From assembly GCA_965222605.1 (NCBI GenBank), contig OZ244960.1, positions 5,216,001-5,280,000 of the forward strand: a stretch of DNA of 64,000 nucleotides. The letters run 5' to 3'. Under the pieces are notes generated by a model that was not told the DNA's origin, did not search any database, and saw nothing but the letters and a program-made list of their open reading frames with translations. The DNA comes from Candidatus Latescibacterota bacterium (GTDB lineage: Bacteria; Latescibacterota; UBA2968). A program made the translations under genes and the position numbers. Each line of letters begins with the position of its first letter. Position 1 is the stretch's first letter. Below, in pieces: positions 36,742 to 46,311 of this stretch.

Positions 36742-37662
36742 ATGAATGGCGCGAAAACCGGACATACGGTGCTGGATCTGGTGGGCAACACGCCCATGGT
36801 ACGACTGAACTCGGTGGGGCCTGCAAATGGTGCTCAAATTTGGGCGAAATTGGAATTTTTTAACCCGGCGGGCAGTGTAAAAGATCGCACGGCACTCGCT
36901 ATGGTTGAGGCCGCGGAAAAAAATGGACAACTCAAACCCGGTATGACCATTGTGGAATCGACCAGTGGCAATACGGGAATTGGCCTCGCCATGGTGGCTG
37001 CAATAAAAAATTATCGGCTGATTATTACCATGCCTGAAGGCGTTAGCGACGAACGCACGCGATTGCTCCAAGCTTATGGTGCCGAGGTTGTGCTAACGCC
37101 CGCCCGCGATGGGATGCGCGGTGCGATTGAAAAAGCCTGGACGCTTAAGGACAAAAACTGTTTTATACCGATGCAGTTTGAAAACCCCGCCAATCCCGAG
37201 ATCCATCGGCAGACCACAGCCCGCGAGATGATTTCACAACTCAAGGGCGTTCCCGATGCTTTTGTCGCAGGTGTGGGAACGGGAGGCACCGTGACTGGCG
37301 TAGGCGAAGTCTTTAAGCATCTGCGATCAGATGTGGTGATTGTCGGCGTAGAGCCAAGGGATTCTGCGGTGTTATCGGGGGGAGAACCCGGTCCTACTGA
37401 GATCGATGGTCTGGGTGCAGGCATGATTCCAGATGTGCTGAATACGGAAATACTGGATCGCGTGATTGCCGTTTCTAATTCGGATGCGCGCAAGATGTCA
37501 AAGCGGTTGGCCCGCGAAGAAGGCCTGCTGGTGGGGATTTCGTCGGGCGCAGCAGCGCACGCAGCCGTTGTTGTCGCTTCAGCGATGGCACCTCAACAGA
37601 CGGTCGCAACTGTGTTATGCGATACCGGTGAACGCTATTTGGGCACGTTTTTGTTTGGGTAA
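36742..37662 (+). CDS. cysK: Cysteine synthase A
   Basis: VGNTPMV, NPAGSVKDR, QFENPANP, GVGTGGT, GLGAG, GISSGAA, DTGERYL. Confidence 0.88.
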   Translation: MNGAKTGHTVLDLVGNTPMVRLNSVGPANGAQIWAKLEFFNPAGSVKDRTALAMVEAAEKNGQLKPGMTIVESTSGNTGIGLAMVAAIKNYRLIITMPEGVSDERTRLLQAYGAEVVLTPARDGMRGAIEKAWTLKDKNCFIPMQFENPANPEIHRQTTAREMISQLKGVPDAFVAGVGTGGTVTGVGEVFKHLRSDVVIVGVEPRDSAVLSGGEPGPTEIDGLGAGMIPDVLNTEILDRVIAVSNSDARKMSKRLAREEGLLVGISSGAAAHAAVVVASAMAPQQTVATVLCDTGERYLGTFLFG

Positions 37663-37676
37663 TGCTGGTAATACAT

Positions 37677-37716
37677 AAAAAAACCCGGCATCTTTTTGGA
37701 ATTGCCGGGGTTTTTG
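37677..37716. terminator. Bidirectional terminator between cysK and rpsT
   Basis: A-run, CCCGGCA..TGCCGGG stem, T-run. Confidence 0.8.
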
Positions 37717-37730
37717 TTTCGATAAATATT

Positions 37731-37988
37731 TTACGACTCAAGAGCAGCGACGTGGTGCCTCATTTTCGATTTGTATCGAGCGGCTGCATTGCGGTGGATA
37801 ACGCCTTTTTTGGCTGTTTTATCAATTATGGACTGCGTGCGATTGATCAGTGCTTCTGCTTCTTCTGCGCTATTTGTAGCCAATATTTTTTTGATGGAAG
37901 TACGCAAATACGAGCGCGTACTTTTGTTGCGGAGCTTGACTTTTTCAGCCTGGCGCATGCGTTTTTTTGAAGATGCCAGTTTGGGCAA
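37731..37988 (-). CDS. rpsT: 30S ribosomal protein S20
   Basis: SSKKRMRQ..RNK..S..RT.IKK; IDK..KKGVIHRNAAARYKS; TTG start after AAGGAGGTG. Confidence 0.95.
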   Translation of the reverse strand: MPKLASSKKRMRQAEKVKLRNKSTRSYLRTSIKKILATNSAEEAEALINRTQSIIDKTAKKGVIHRNAAARYKSKMRHHVAALES

Positions 37989-38142
37989 GGGCTTCACCTC
38001 CTTAGAGATTTTTCGAAATTTAGAAAATAAAATTTAACCATTTACAGATATTTACACAACCCATTTCTCATTTTCTTGTTTTTTTTCTTCTGCCTTATTT
38101 TACCGCCCAATGCATTTAATCAAATCCACAGGAGGAACCACA

Positions 38143-39093
38143 ATGGCACCAACTATTTATGTCGGCACAATAGGCCAGGGCGTCTGGCGAAGCGAAGACG
38201 GTGGCGACTCATGGCGGCGCACGAGTAGCGGCATGGCCTCTGAATCGGATATCCGCGCTATCGCCGTGCATCCGGACAATGCGTCAATTCTCTTTGCGGG
38301 AACAGAGACCGGTATTTATCGCTCGCAAAACGGGGGGAACAGCTGGGAAAAATTGGATTCTCCAATGAACGGTATGCAAATCTGGTCTATTGCAATTCAT
38401 CCCAAAAGTCCAAATACGGTTTATGCAGGCACATGTCCTTCTGCGCTGTTTCGGTCGGACGATGGCGGTGAGACCTGGAAGCAACTTTCTGTAGAACTCG
38501 TCGAGGATTGCGGTGCTATTATTCCGCGCGTTACGACTATTATCATAGATCCGACAGATGATCAGACCGTCTATGCGGGTATTGAAATCGACGGCATGCG
38601 GATTAGTAGAGATGGCGGTGAGACATGGACATCTGGCAATGAGGGCCTTTCGAGCCTGGACATTCACGGCCTCGCGCTTGTGCCCGGAAATCCGAAAACA
38701 CTTGTGGCAGGCACCAATAATGATGTGTGTATCACAACTGATATGATGAACTGGACACGGCTCAATGTGAAAGCAGAGTTTCCCTGGCCCTATTGCAGGG
38801 GGGTGCTCTATATGTCAAATGGTCGGGTGTATGTCGGCGCAGGAAATGGCCCGCCGGGCGATGAAGGAGGGCTGTTCTATACTTATGATCTGGGGCATTC
38901 GTGGGAGCGCGCCGACCTGGACGGTAATACCAACAGCACGGTTTGGGCAATTGCCCACAATCCCGCTGTGCCGAATTTGATAATAGCGTATAGCATTGCC
39001 GGACAGGTCTTTAGCAGCATCGACAATGGGGATTCCTGGACCAAGCTCTCCCGAGAGTTCGGCGAAGTACGCGCGGTGGCTATTGCGCAGTGA
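38143..39093 (+). CDS. BNR/Asp-box beta-propeller protein
   Basis: Six S-x-D-x-G-x-S/T-W-like repeats. Confidence 0.8.
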   Translation: MAPTIYVGTIGQGVWRSEDGGDSWRRTSSGMASESDIRAIAVHPDNASILFAGTETGIYRSQNGGNSWEKLDSPMNGMQIWSIAIHPKSPNTVYAGTCPSALFRSDDGGETWKQLSVELVEDCGAIIPRVTTIIIDPTDDQTVYAGIEIDGMRISRDGGETWTSGNEGLSSLDIHGLALVPGNPKTLVAGTNNDVCITTDMMNWTRLNVKAEFPWPYCRGVLYMSNGRVYVGAGNGPPGDEGGLFYTYDLGHSWERADLDGNTNSTVWAIAHNPAVPNLIIAYSIAGQVFSSIDNGDSWTKLSREFGEVRAVAIAQ

Positions 39094-39125
39094 TATAATT
39101 GGTGGATAGCGAGAGGGGATAGTGC

Positions 39126-40778
39126 TTAAACGAGTTTCTCTTCGGCTGCCGACCAGGTTCCGCATCTGATCTCCAGCATGTGATCCACCGGCGTCGTAAA
39201 TGTCATCAATACGCGGAAGGCAGTGGGGGCGGACTCGCTGCCCCGCAATGCCCAAAAGCGATGGGCATACGCGCCCGGTCCGACGGAGATGGCATCGTTG
39301 CCTATGTGGTAGGTCGCATATCCGGATTTGAGAAATGCGACCTCTGCGGCCTGGCCACGCACGATGCCACTGTCAAAATCCAGTTCGCCACCGGGTACAA
39401 AATCGCACGCAATTTGAAATGGTACGCGGTCATAACCATCTGATTTTACGTGCAGATCAAATCCGCTATCCACTTCTTCAATTTCCAATATTGTCGTTAG
39501 TGGTGGGAGTGCGTACACCTCTCTTTCTTTTCGCAAATTGTAAAATTCCTTAAAAGCGACCTCGCGCCCCAATGGCAGGTCATAACCCGGTCTGCTTCCA
39601 TCAGAACTTCGGCTCACATGCGTCATTCTGATTTTGCCATCCACTTCCCCAAAGGTCTCACCTGAAAATTGCGCGATAGCAAAATAGCTCGCGCACAGGT
39701 TCACCGAGGCCAATTCCACGTTTCCATGCTTTACGCCAAACGGCGATGTTATACCTGCACCTGCTGTGGCACTCGTTTTCCCACGCCGTACACGCCACAG
39801 TTGCGCCGTGGGATAAACCTTCGCGTACGACTCGGGTAAAGGCTCGCGTTTCAGATTATCTATCCGCCATTCGGGATGGGTTAAAAACGGTTCCAGTGCC
39901 CACGGCAAACCGCCCGGAGATACAGAGTACAACCAGTCTGCGACTGCTGCATAAAATCCATTGCCATCTCGCCGCGCCATGTCGTAATAGCTATTGACCA
40001 TATTGACCAAGACCACGCGCGTGCCCTGGTCTTGCCTGCGGGAAAAACTCGTTATAACGGTTCCGTCTGCATGTAGCATGTGATAGGACAAATCCAGATT
40101 CCGACGCACAGGTTCCAGAAGTTGGGGGCGATTGAGCGCGTCGGCGGCGAGTCTCAGCGCGCGATTGCATATGGCGTTATACGCGCCTGCGCTGCGCTCG
40201 ATGTATTCGCCATCGGCATTGTTGTCTATTGTCTCGGCGAGATAGCTTTCAATGGTGTCCATCCCGTCCAGGTCTGGGAATAATTCCAGCGCTTGAGACA
40301 GCGCGGCGACCAATACCCAGCGGTGATTCGGCGTGTGGAATCCGCCCGCGATCATGCCCGGCACAGCCGTTTGAATAATTTCACCGAGTACTTCGGCAAT
40401 CTGCTTTGCGCCGTCATCTCTGGCTTTGCGAGCCGCGCGGACCACTGGCGCGAGTCCCTCGACCAGAAATCCCGTATCTGGCGACGAATCAAAATTAGTT
40501 GTAATAAGATCAAAACACCCACTTTCCCTGCGAATCTTCCGAGCAAAAGTCGCGCCTGCGAGAATCCGCGCCAATATTTCTTCGCTCTGGTAATATCGAC
40601 CGCCTTCCAGAAGATAGGCATAGCCCAGGGTAGATACCGCGCTCACATTTGTCGCACCCGCAACACCATCGCTTACAAACCCACCGTAATCTTCACGACG
40701 GATATCCATCACCTGACGGGGCAAAATGGTTTCTATTTGTTCATTCAGCTTTTCCAACAGTACTTCGTATTTTAGCAT
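39126..40778 (-). CDS. Conserved hypothetical protein, possibly heparinase II/III-like alpha/alpha-barrel
   Basis: Long ORF with GGFHTPNHRWV, DGEYIERS..YN, SRRQD motifs; fold assignment is tentative. Confidence 0.5.
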   Translation of the reverse strand: MLKYEVLLEKLNEQIETILPRQVMDIRREDYGGFVSDGVAGATNVSAVSTLGYAYLLEGGRYYQSEEILARILAGATFARKIRRESGCFDLITTNFDSSPDTGFLVEGLAPVVRAARKARDDGAKQIAEVLGEIIQTAVPGMIAGGFHTPNHRWVLVAALSQALELFPDLDGMDTIESYLAETIDNNADGEYIERSAGAYNAICNRALRLAADALNRPQLLEPVRRNLDLSYHMLHADGTVITSFSRRQDQGTRVVLVNMVNSYYDMARRDGNGFYAAVADWLYSVSPGGLPWALEPFLTHPEWRIDNLKREPLPESYAKVYPTAQLWRVRRGKTSATAGAGITSPFGVKHGNVELASVNLCASYFAIAQFSGETFGEVDGKIRMTHVSRSSDGSRPGYDLPLGREVAFKEFYNLRKEREVYALPPLTTILEIEEVDSGFDLHVKSDGYDRVPFQIACDFVPGGELDFDSGIVRGQAAEVAFLKSGYATYHIGNDAISVGPGAYAHRFWALRGSESAPTAFRVLMTFTTPVDHMLEIRCGTWSAAEEKLV

Positions 40779-40906
40779 GAATAGCCCCCATGAGTAAACG
40801 ACCTCCAGCAAACCGGAGACCTGCTCTAATATATCTCCAATTTGCCTTTAATTCAAGAGAACTCGTTTCCCACAGGGGCTTACATCACATTTTTTTCAGG
40901 CTTGGC

Positions 40907-41551
40907 TCAATGCAAACTGAAACGGATCGGAATGGTCATGCGTACCGCAACTGCTCTGTCATTTTGCATGGCTGGCTCGAACCGAAATTGCCTGACTGCC
41001 TCCAGGGCCGCAGCGCGAAAAATCTCGGGACCTTTTAAGACTTTCGGTTCGGCTACGCGCCCTTCTTTGGTCACTATAAACGACACAAGCACCTGGCCTT
41101 GCAAACCCGCTCTGCGGGCCATCTCTGGATAAACTGGATTCACGGACTGGATCAACTCGGGTTTTTGTTCTACTACCCAAAATTCCAAAATCTCTTCCTC
41201 TACTTCCACATCGTCCTTTCCCATATGTCGTGGGATATCGACAACAGGTGCATCAAAATCCAGCTCTGTATCGGCAATGGTCACATCATCGGGCACGTCT
41301 TCGTCTTCTGTTTCAATGGGCAAGGAGGGCCTTTGCAGAGGTGGCAATCGCTTCTTTTGATGTGTCTCGGGAATATCCTCAACCTTGAGAACCTCAGTAG
41401 ATTTTTTGGTTGATTTAGAATCGATCTTCATATCTGGAAACAAAATGGCCAATCCGACCATCAGAAACAGCGTCAAAGAAGTAGAACGTCTCATCACCTT
41501 TGGATAAATTGCTTTCAAATCGGCATCTGCATGTTTTTTGTGAACCATCAC
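40907..41551 (-). CDS. tonB: Energy transducer TonB
   Basis: N-terminal TM, Pro/acidic linker, YPEMARRAGLQGQV..FIV..EGRV..FEPAMQ..V.V. Confidence 0.9.
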   Translation of the reverse strand: MMVHKKHADADLKAIYPKVMRRSTSLTLFLMVGLAILFPDMKIDSKSTKKSTEVLKVEDIPETHQKKRLPPLQRPSLPIETEDEDVPDDVTIADTELDFDAPVVDIPRHMGKDDVEVEEEILEFWVVEQKPELIQSVNPVYPEMARRAGLQGQVLVSFIVTKEGRVAEPKVLKGPEIFRAAALEAVRQFRFEPAMQNDRAVAVRMTIPIRFSLH

Positions 41552-41563
41552 TTCCTCCTTTTT

Positions 41564-41585
41564 AACTATTAAAATTTTAATAGTT
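41564..41585. promoter_or_regulatory. Perfect 22-bp palindrome, candidate BlaI-family operator of tonB
   Basis: AACTATTAAAATTTTAATAGTT; related boxes at 44050-44069 and 44107-44122. Confidence 0.7.
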
Positions 41586-41632
41586 TATCTCAAAAAAATA
41601 TCTATTGGTTTGTTACCCGGGCGTGTATAACA

Positions 41633-43654
41633 TCAGTATCCTCCTTTTCGCAGACCTTCAGAACAAAAGGTGTGAGCCAGCACATCGAGCTGTCGCATCT
41701 GAAGTGCCTTTGTGCGGTTAGGTGCATAAATCCCCATACTGATTAAAAAGAAACGATTCTGAGCAACATCAAAAAGTGCATAACTTTTAAATGGTCCACC
41801 TTGCCACGCACGTGTATCCTCCCACAGGCCTTCCAGACAAACGGCCAATTTACCCAGAAACTCCGTCTGGTAAATATTCACTTCCCCAGGCGATGTTTGA
41901 TCGCCGCCATAAAAACGGCCCGACACGTCATCCCACTTTTGCAAACACCAATCTGGCGTCAATTGATCGGGATGTACACCATCTTCCCAATATACCCACA
42001 GCCACAATTGTCGCCGATCTATCTGGCGCGCCAGTGCCACAAAGTTCTCGCTTGCATACTCATCCATCACTTCATAGCCCACCGGCACCCGCACGCGCCA
42101 GCCAAATTGCCGTGCCAGAGCTTCAGAATACTCGATATTTTCTCCCGCGTGATACAGAATGGTTTCGAGCCATTTTGCCATAGATGCATCAATCGCCGAC
42201 ACAATGCGGTCGCCATTGAGTGCGACTTGCTCAGCCACACCCTGATCATCTGCAGCGTTGATGGCCACAATTAGCTGATTAGATGCCCACACATCGCGGT
42301 GAATCACTGTCTCATTTTTCGAACGCCCCGTAAGTAGGGGCTGCAAGGCTGGTGCCAGAATACCATTTGGAGATGAAACAAGGATCAAATTGCGGTAAGC
42401 CCGAAACTCCCGAAACGCTTCAGGAGAAACATACACGAGGTCAAACACGTACTCGGGCTGCGGCGTCAACACTGGATCTAACAGTAAATCTTCCAATACT
42501 GGTTTTAACACTTCTCGGTGAGCCTCATCGGCCACAACCACAACTTTACTGGTTAGTCCAATGCCCCGGGGCAGCGGATTGCCGATAAGCACATCTGCCA
42601 GCGGTTTACTCCACCGTGCAATTTTCAGATGGGCTTCTGCGCGACCGGGCACATCAATGAGAGGACCGATTTTTACAGCAATGACACCGACAAATAGAAA
42701 TATCGCAAGCCAGATTGCACAGTGCGACAGCGATGGGCGGCGCTTGCTGAGCAGATATTCAAACCGCTTTACCAGATTTGGATGGCGATTTATAATGCCC
42801 AAACCTATTGGACGCACCCTGCCAATCATCTCTGTCAGGCGCGTCAGACAGATCGCATAATCACGTGCATTGTGACCGTAATGCGTGGCATAATCATCGC
42901 AGGCCATTTCTCGCGTTAGTGACAGTTGCCGACTCAGCCACCAGATGCCCGGATTGCACCAGAAAAAAACTTCCACGAGGCGTTGTACCAGAATGCCCAG
43001 GGCATCTCTGCGTTGAACATGCGCGATTTCATGCTTGAGAATTTGTTCCAGTTCATGCGCTGACAGTCGCGGTATGAGATGTTGTGGTATGAGAACGACC
43101 TGGCGAGAAATACCCAGCACTGCGGGGCTGGCAACAGCATCTGAAATTCGCAAACCAACATCCACTGCGCCAATCCATCTGCGTTTGCACCGCTCAAACC
43201 GAGCCTGAAGATCCTTGCCCGCCCACTTTCCAGATCGCTTCAACCGAATCATCTGACAATATCCCACTGCAATGCGCCCGAGCATTGCAGTGGCAACGGC
43301 CAGCCATAAAATCCAGACGGCAATCGGCCAGGAAAAGATCGACCGGGTTTTCACAGGCGTTGCAATTTGTGGTTGTAATGTCTCACTGACAAGATTGGTA
43401 TCCAGAACTCTGGTTGGGAGAATCGTTGCGTCCGATTCATCTGCGGCATCGTATCGTCCAGGTGTGACGAGAAACAGAGGCATAATCACCACACCAATCA
43501 CGGCGACCCACAACAGGCGGTGCAATAAAAACGCAGGCACACACAAACGCGAAAGCCCTGCTACAATTATTGCAACCAACAATCCCATCCAGATCCCATT
43601 CAGCAGATAAAACACGCTGAGCCGGGCAATGGTATCAATCCATTCGCCCATCAT
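41633..43654 (-). CDS. BlaR1/M56 family metallopeptidase with C-terminal DUF4837-like domain
   Basis: SPAVLG, ILKHEIAHVQRRD (HExxH), FFWCNP..W, REMACD; C-terminal TPQPEYVFDL..DVWA..Q..GLW..GGPF resembles DUF4837. Confidence 0.8.
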   Translation of the reverse strand: MMGEWIDTIARLSVFYLLNGIWMGLLVAIIVAGLSRLCVPAFLLHRLLWVAVIGVVIMPLFLVTPGRYDAADESDATILPTRVLDTNLVSETLQPQIATPVKTRSIFSWPIAVWILWLAVATAMLGRIAVGYCQMIRLKRSGKWAGKDLQARFERCKRRWIGAVDVGLRISDAVASPAVLGISRQVVLIPQHLIPRLSAHELEQILKHEIAHVQRRDALGILVQRLVEVFFWCNPGIWWLSRQLSLTREMACDDYATHYGHNARDYAICLTRLTEMIGRVRPIGLGIINRHPNLVKRFEYLLSKRRPSLSHCAIWLAIFLFVGVIAVKIGPLIDVPGRAEAHLKIARWSKPLADVLIGNPLPRGIGLTSKVVVVADEAHREVLKPVLEDLLLDPVLTPQPEYVFDLVYVSPEAFREFRAYRNLILVSSPNGILAPALQPLLTGRSKNETVIHRDVWASNQLIVAINAADDQGVAEQVALNGDRIVSAIDASMAKWLETILYHAGENIEYSEALARQFGWRVRVPVGYEVMDEYASENFVALARQIDRRQLWLWVYWEDGVHPDQLTPDWCLQKWDDVSGRFYGGDQTSPGEVNIYQTEFLGKLAVCLEGLWEDTRAWQGGPFKSYALFDVAQNRFFLISMGIYAPNRTKALQMRQLDVLAHTFCSEGLRKGGY

Positions 43655-44040
43655 GTTTCATCCTCCTCTGCCCGCTGAATCATTTTGTGAATGCGGGCGA
43701 GATCTTGCGCATCGAGTTCTTCATTTTCCACCAGATTGAGCACCAGAGTTTCTGGTGAATTGTCGAAAAAACGACTCATCAGATACCGAATGGCGCTTCG
43801 TTGTGCATCCTCCCGCCCCACGATTGGATAATACACAAATGCCCTGCCTTCTTTTTCATGCCGCAAATACCCCTTCTGTTCCAGAATGCGCAATATTGTC
43901 AATACCGTGCTATACGCCGGAGATTCACGTCCCGCAAGTGTATTGACAACCTCGCTCACTGTAGCCGAGCCGCGGTCCCAAAGCACCTGCATCAATCTCA
44001 GTTCGGCATCTGTCAGAGTAGGGGATCTTCGTCTGCCCAT
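43651..44040 (-). CDS. BlaI/MecI/CopY family repressor
   Basis: LTDAELRLMQVLW, AYSTVLTILRILEQKGY, GRAFVY; ATGA overlap with the M56 gene. Confidence 0.93.
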   Translation of the reverse strand: MGRRRSPTLTDAELRLMQVLWDRGSATVSEVVNTLAGRESPAYSTVLTILRILEQKGYLRHEKEGRAFVYYPIVGREDAQRSAIRYLMSRFFDNSPETLVLNLVENEELDAQDLARIHKMIQRAEEDET

Positions 44041-44049
44041 AGAGACCTC

Positions 44050-44122
44050 ACTATTAAATAATTAATACTTCCAAAACAAATATGAAAAAAAAGAAAGTGA
44101 ATGTCAATTAAAAATTTAATAC
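44050..44122. promoter_or_regulatory. Two imperfect operator boxes upstream of the blaI-like gene
   Basis: ACTATTAAATAATTAATACT and ATTAAAAATTTAATAC share ATTAA-N4-TTAAT with the 41564 palindrome. Confidence 0.6.
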
Positions 44123-44188
44123 TTCAATGAAAAAAGAGACAGATTGGTAGGATAAGGGGGTGGAGACAAGCCCGATCCAAAGACCTTG

Positions 44189-44211
44189 CCTGTGCGTCGC
44201 ACGCAGACAGG
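44189..44211. repeat. Short REP-like palindromic element
   Basis: CCTGT-GCGT-CGC-ACGC-AG-ACAGG hairpin in an intergenic region; only one copy seen in the window. Confidence 0.4.
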
Positions 44212-44228
44212 GACGCGCGGACACAGGA

Positions 44229-45209
44229 TCACTTAAACTTCAGGGGCTTGCCTTCTCGGGCAGATTGATAGACCGCTTCGAGGAGTGCTACCGTGCGGCG
44301 GCCTTCGCGTCCATCTACAGATAGCGGCGTTCCTCTGGTCACGGCATTGACCACGTCTTCGACAATGCTGTGAACGTTATTTTCGACGCTGTCGAGTTTT
44401 TCCTGAAGCCCTTTGCCGTAAACCGTCATCTCTCCATTCAAAACATCGTGCAGCAAAATACCGCCTTCTGTTCCGTGTACCTCTGCGCTGAAATACACAC
44501 TCTGAGGAAAGGTCGTAGTGCCCAGAATTGTGCCTTTTGCCCCGTTCTCAAAATTCAGGATTGCCAGTCCTATGTCTTCGGTCTCAATCTCGTGATTTAC
44601 AATGTCGATTTCGCCGTACACAGAAACCGGGTCGCCCATAAACCAGCTCAATACATCGAGCAGATGTGCGCCCTGGTTGGCCAATGAGCCGCCGCCATCC
44701 ATATCCCATGTCCCGCGCCAACCATCATCGTGTAAAAAATAGTCGTCAGATCGAAACCACTTAAAACGCACTTCACCCAATATCATCTTGCCCAGCCAGC
44801 CTTCCCGAATTGCGGTTGCCACCTTGACATTGCCATCCACGTATCGGCTTTGATAATCCACACCGCACAATACGCCGGCATCTTCACAAGCCGCAATGAG
44901 CCGATCACACGCTTCGGTGCTCACATCCATGGGCTTGGTGGTAATTACATGCTTGCCCGCTTTTGCCGCTTCAATGCCCACCTGGGCATGTTTGCCGCTC
45001 GGCGTCATCACCATTACTACATCTACATCATCTCGCGCAAACATATGTTCTGTATTTACAACACAATCCGTCTCTAATTCCTGTGCCACTTCCTCAGCCA
45101 GATCGCCGTGCAGATCGCACACGACCTTTAAATCTGCACCGGCTGTCTCTTTAATCAACCGCGCCCTGTTGCGCCCCATGCCCAGGCCAATAACGCCAAA
45201 ACCGACCAT
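44229..45209 (-). CDS. Gfo/Idh/MocA family oxidoreductase
   Basis: MVGFGVIGLGMG start with GGAGG RBS; AGKHVITTKP, WRGTWDMDGGGSLANQGAH. Confidence 0.9.
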   Translation of the reverse strand: MVGFGVIGLGMGRNRARLIKETAGADLKVVCDLHGDLAEEVAQELETDCVVNTEHMFARDDVDVVMVMTPSGKHAQVGIEAAKAGKHVITTKPMDVSTEACDRLIAACEDAGVLCGVDYQSRYVDGNVKVATAIREGWLGKMILGEVRFKWFRSDDYFLHDDGWRGTWDMDGGGSLANQGAHLLDVLSWFMGDPVSVYGEIDIVNHEIETEDIGLAILNFENGAKGTILGTTTFPQSVYFSAEVHGTEGGILLHDVLNGEMTVYGKGLQEKLDSVENNVHSIVEDVVNAVTRGTPLSVDGREGRRTVALLEAVYQSAREGKPLKFK

Positions 45210-45237
45210 ATTGTCCTCCTGTATCTCGCGTAATTTT

Positions 45238-46245
45238 TCAGGCACAATCGGGATGGCCTTCCTTCCACCGCCCGAACAGAACATCGGTCTGCCCGTCCTG
45301 ATTGACCATCGACATCGCCTTTCGGGTGTCCAACCACATTTGTGTCCACACTTTTGCATTTCTCAATTCGCGCTCGGGATGTTTGCGGCTGCGTGCGACA
45401 AAGCCCGGAAATGCCTCGCGTCCGGTCAGCTGACCGATGGGGTTATAACGCAGATCAAAACTCCAGCGAATTTTATCGCTCACATTGGGCAGCGATCCGT
45501 GTACTGTGCACTTGGGAAGAAAAATGACATCTCCTCGTTTGACCGGCAGTGGTGTCATGCGTTCGGCTTCAAACAGCGATTCGGGTATTTGCCGCCCGCC
45601 CGCTGTTTTGGGACCATTCCCAAAATACGACGAACAGTGCGTCAAAAGCCCGTGTTTGTGGCTGCCGGGCACGACTTTTAGAGGACCTTGTTCAAGATTG
45701 ACGTCTTCGAGTGCAAACCACACTGTCAACATATTTGTCTCATCTGCTTCTGGTACAACCACGCCCTGATCCTGGTGCCAGATCGTTTCTCCCAAAATCG
45801 GATTTCCAAACTGGTTTTTGGGCAAAATATGCTCGGGCGGTTTAATCCGCACATGTTGTACGGGATTCGAGTAAATTTCTGGACCGATGAGCGATTCCAC
45901 ACAATCGAGTAGGGATTCAGCCGTGAAGGCATTGAGAACTGCCTGTCCCGTCCAGAAAGGTGTGTCGGACTTCACGTTTTGAAATGGTAGCGAAAAATCG
46001 AAATACTGTTTGTGTACATCACCTGTTTCAATACAGACCGCGATAAATCGCTCGGCAAAATCGAGATCCTCGAACAAAGAAGAAATTTCTTCTCGCTCGT
46101 AAAGATCGCGTATCAAATTGTCGAGTACTTCTGTGTACTCTTCAATCACAGGATCCAACACGGTTTTCGGATCCAACACGCCCTCCACCACCAGATATCC
46201 TTCTTCTTCAAACTGTGCAATCTGCTCGGCAGTTAGGCAACCCAT
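45238..46245 (-). CDS. Phytanoyl-CoA dioxygenase (PhyH) family protein
   Basis: FEEEGYL, WHQD, LTVWFAL, VVPGSH, HGSLPN..RWSFDLRY. Confidence 0.92.
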   Translation of the reverse strand: MGCLTAEQIAQFEEEGYLVVEGVLDPKTVLDPVIEEYTEVLDNLIRDLYEREEISSLFEDLDFAERFIAVCIETGDVHKQYFDFSLPFQNVKSDTPFWTGQAVLNAFTAESLLDCVESLIGPEIYSNPVQHVRIKPPEHILPKNQFGNPILGETIWHQDQGVVVPEADETNMLTVWFALEDVNLEQGPLKVVPGSHKHGLLTHCSSYFGNGPKTAGGRQIPESLFEAERMTPLPVKRGDVIFLPKCTVHGSLPNVSDKIRWSFDLRYNPIGQLTGREAFPGFVARSRKHPERELRNAKVWTQMWLDTRKAMSMVNQDGQTDVLFGRWKEGHPDCA

Positions 46246-46311
46246 GGTATTCCTCCTTTTTGTGGGACGTTTAACAGCTTTTGCTGTAATTCAATCTTAG
46301 AGCCTCATGCG

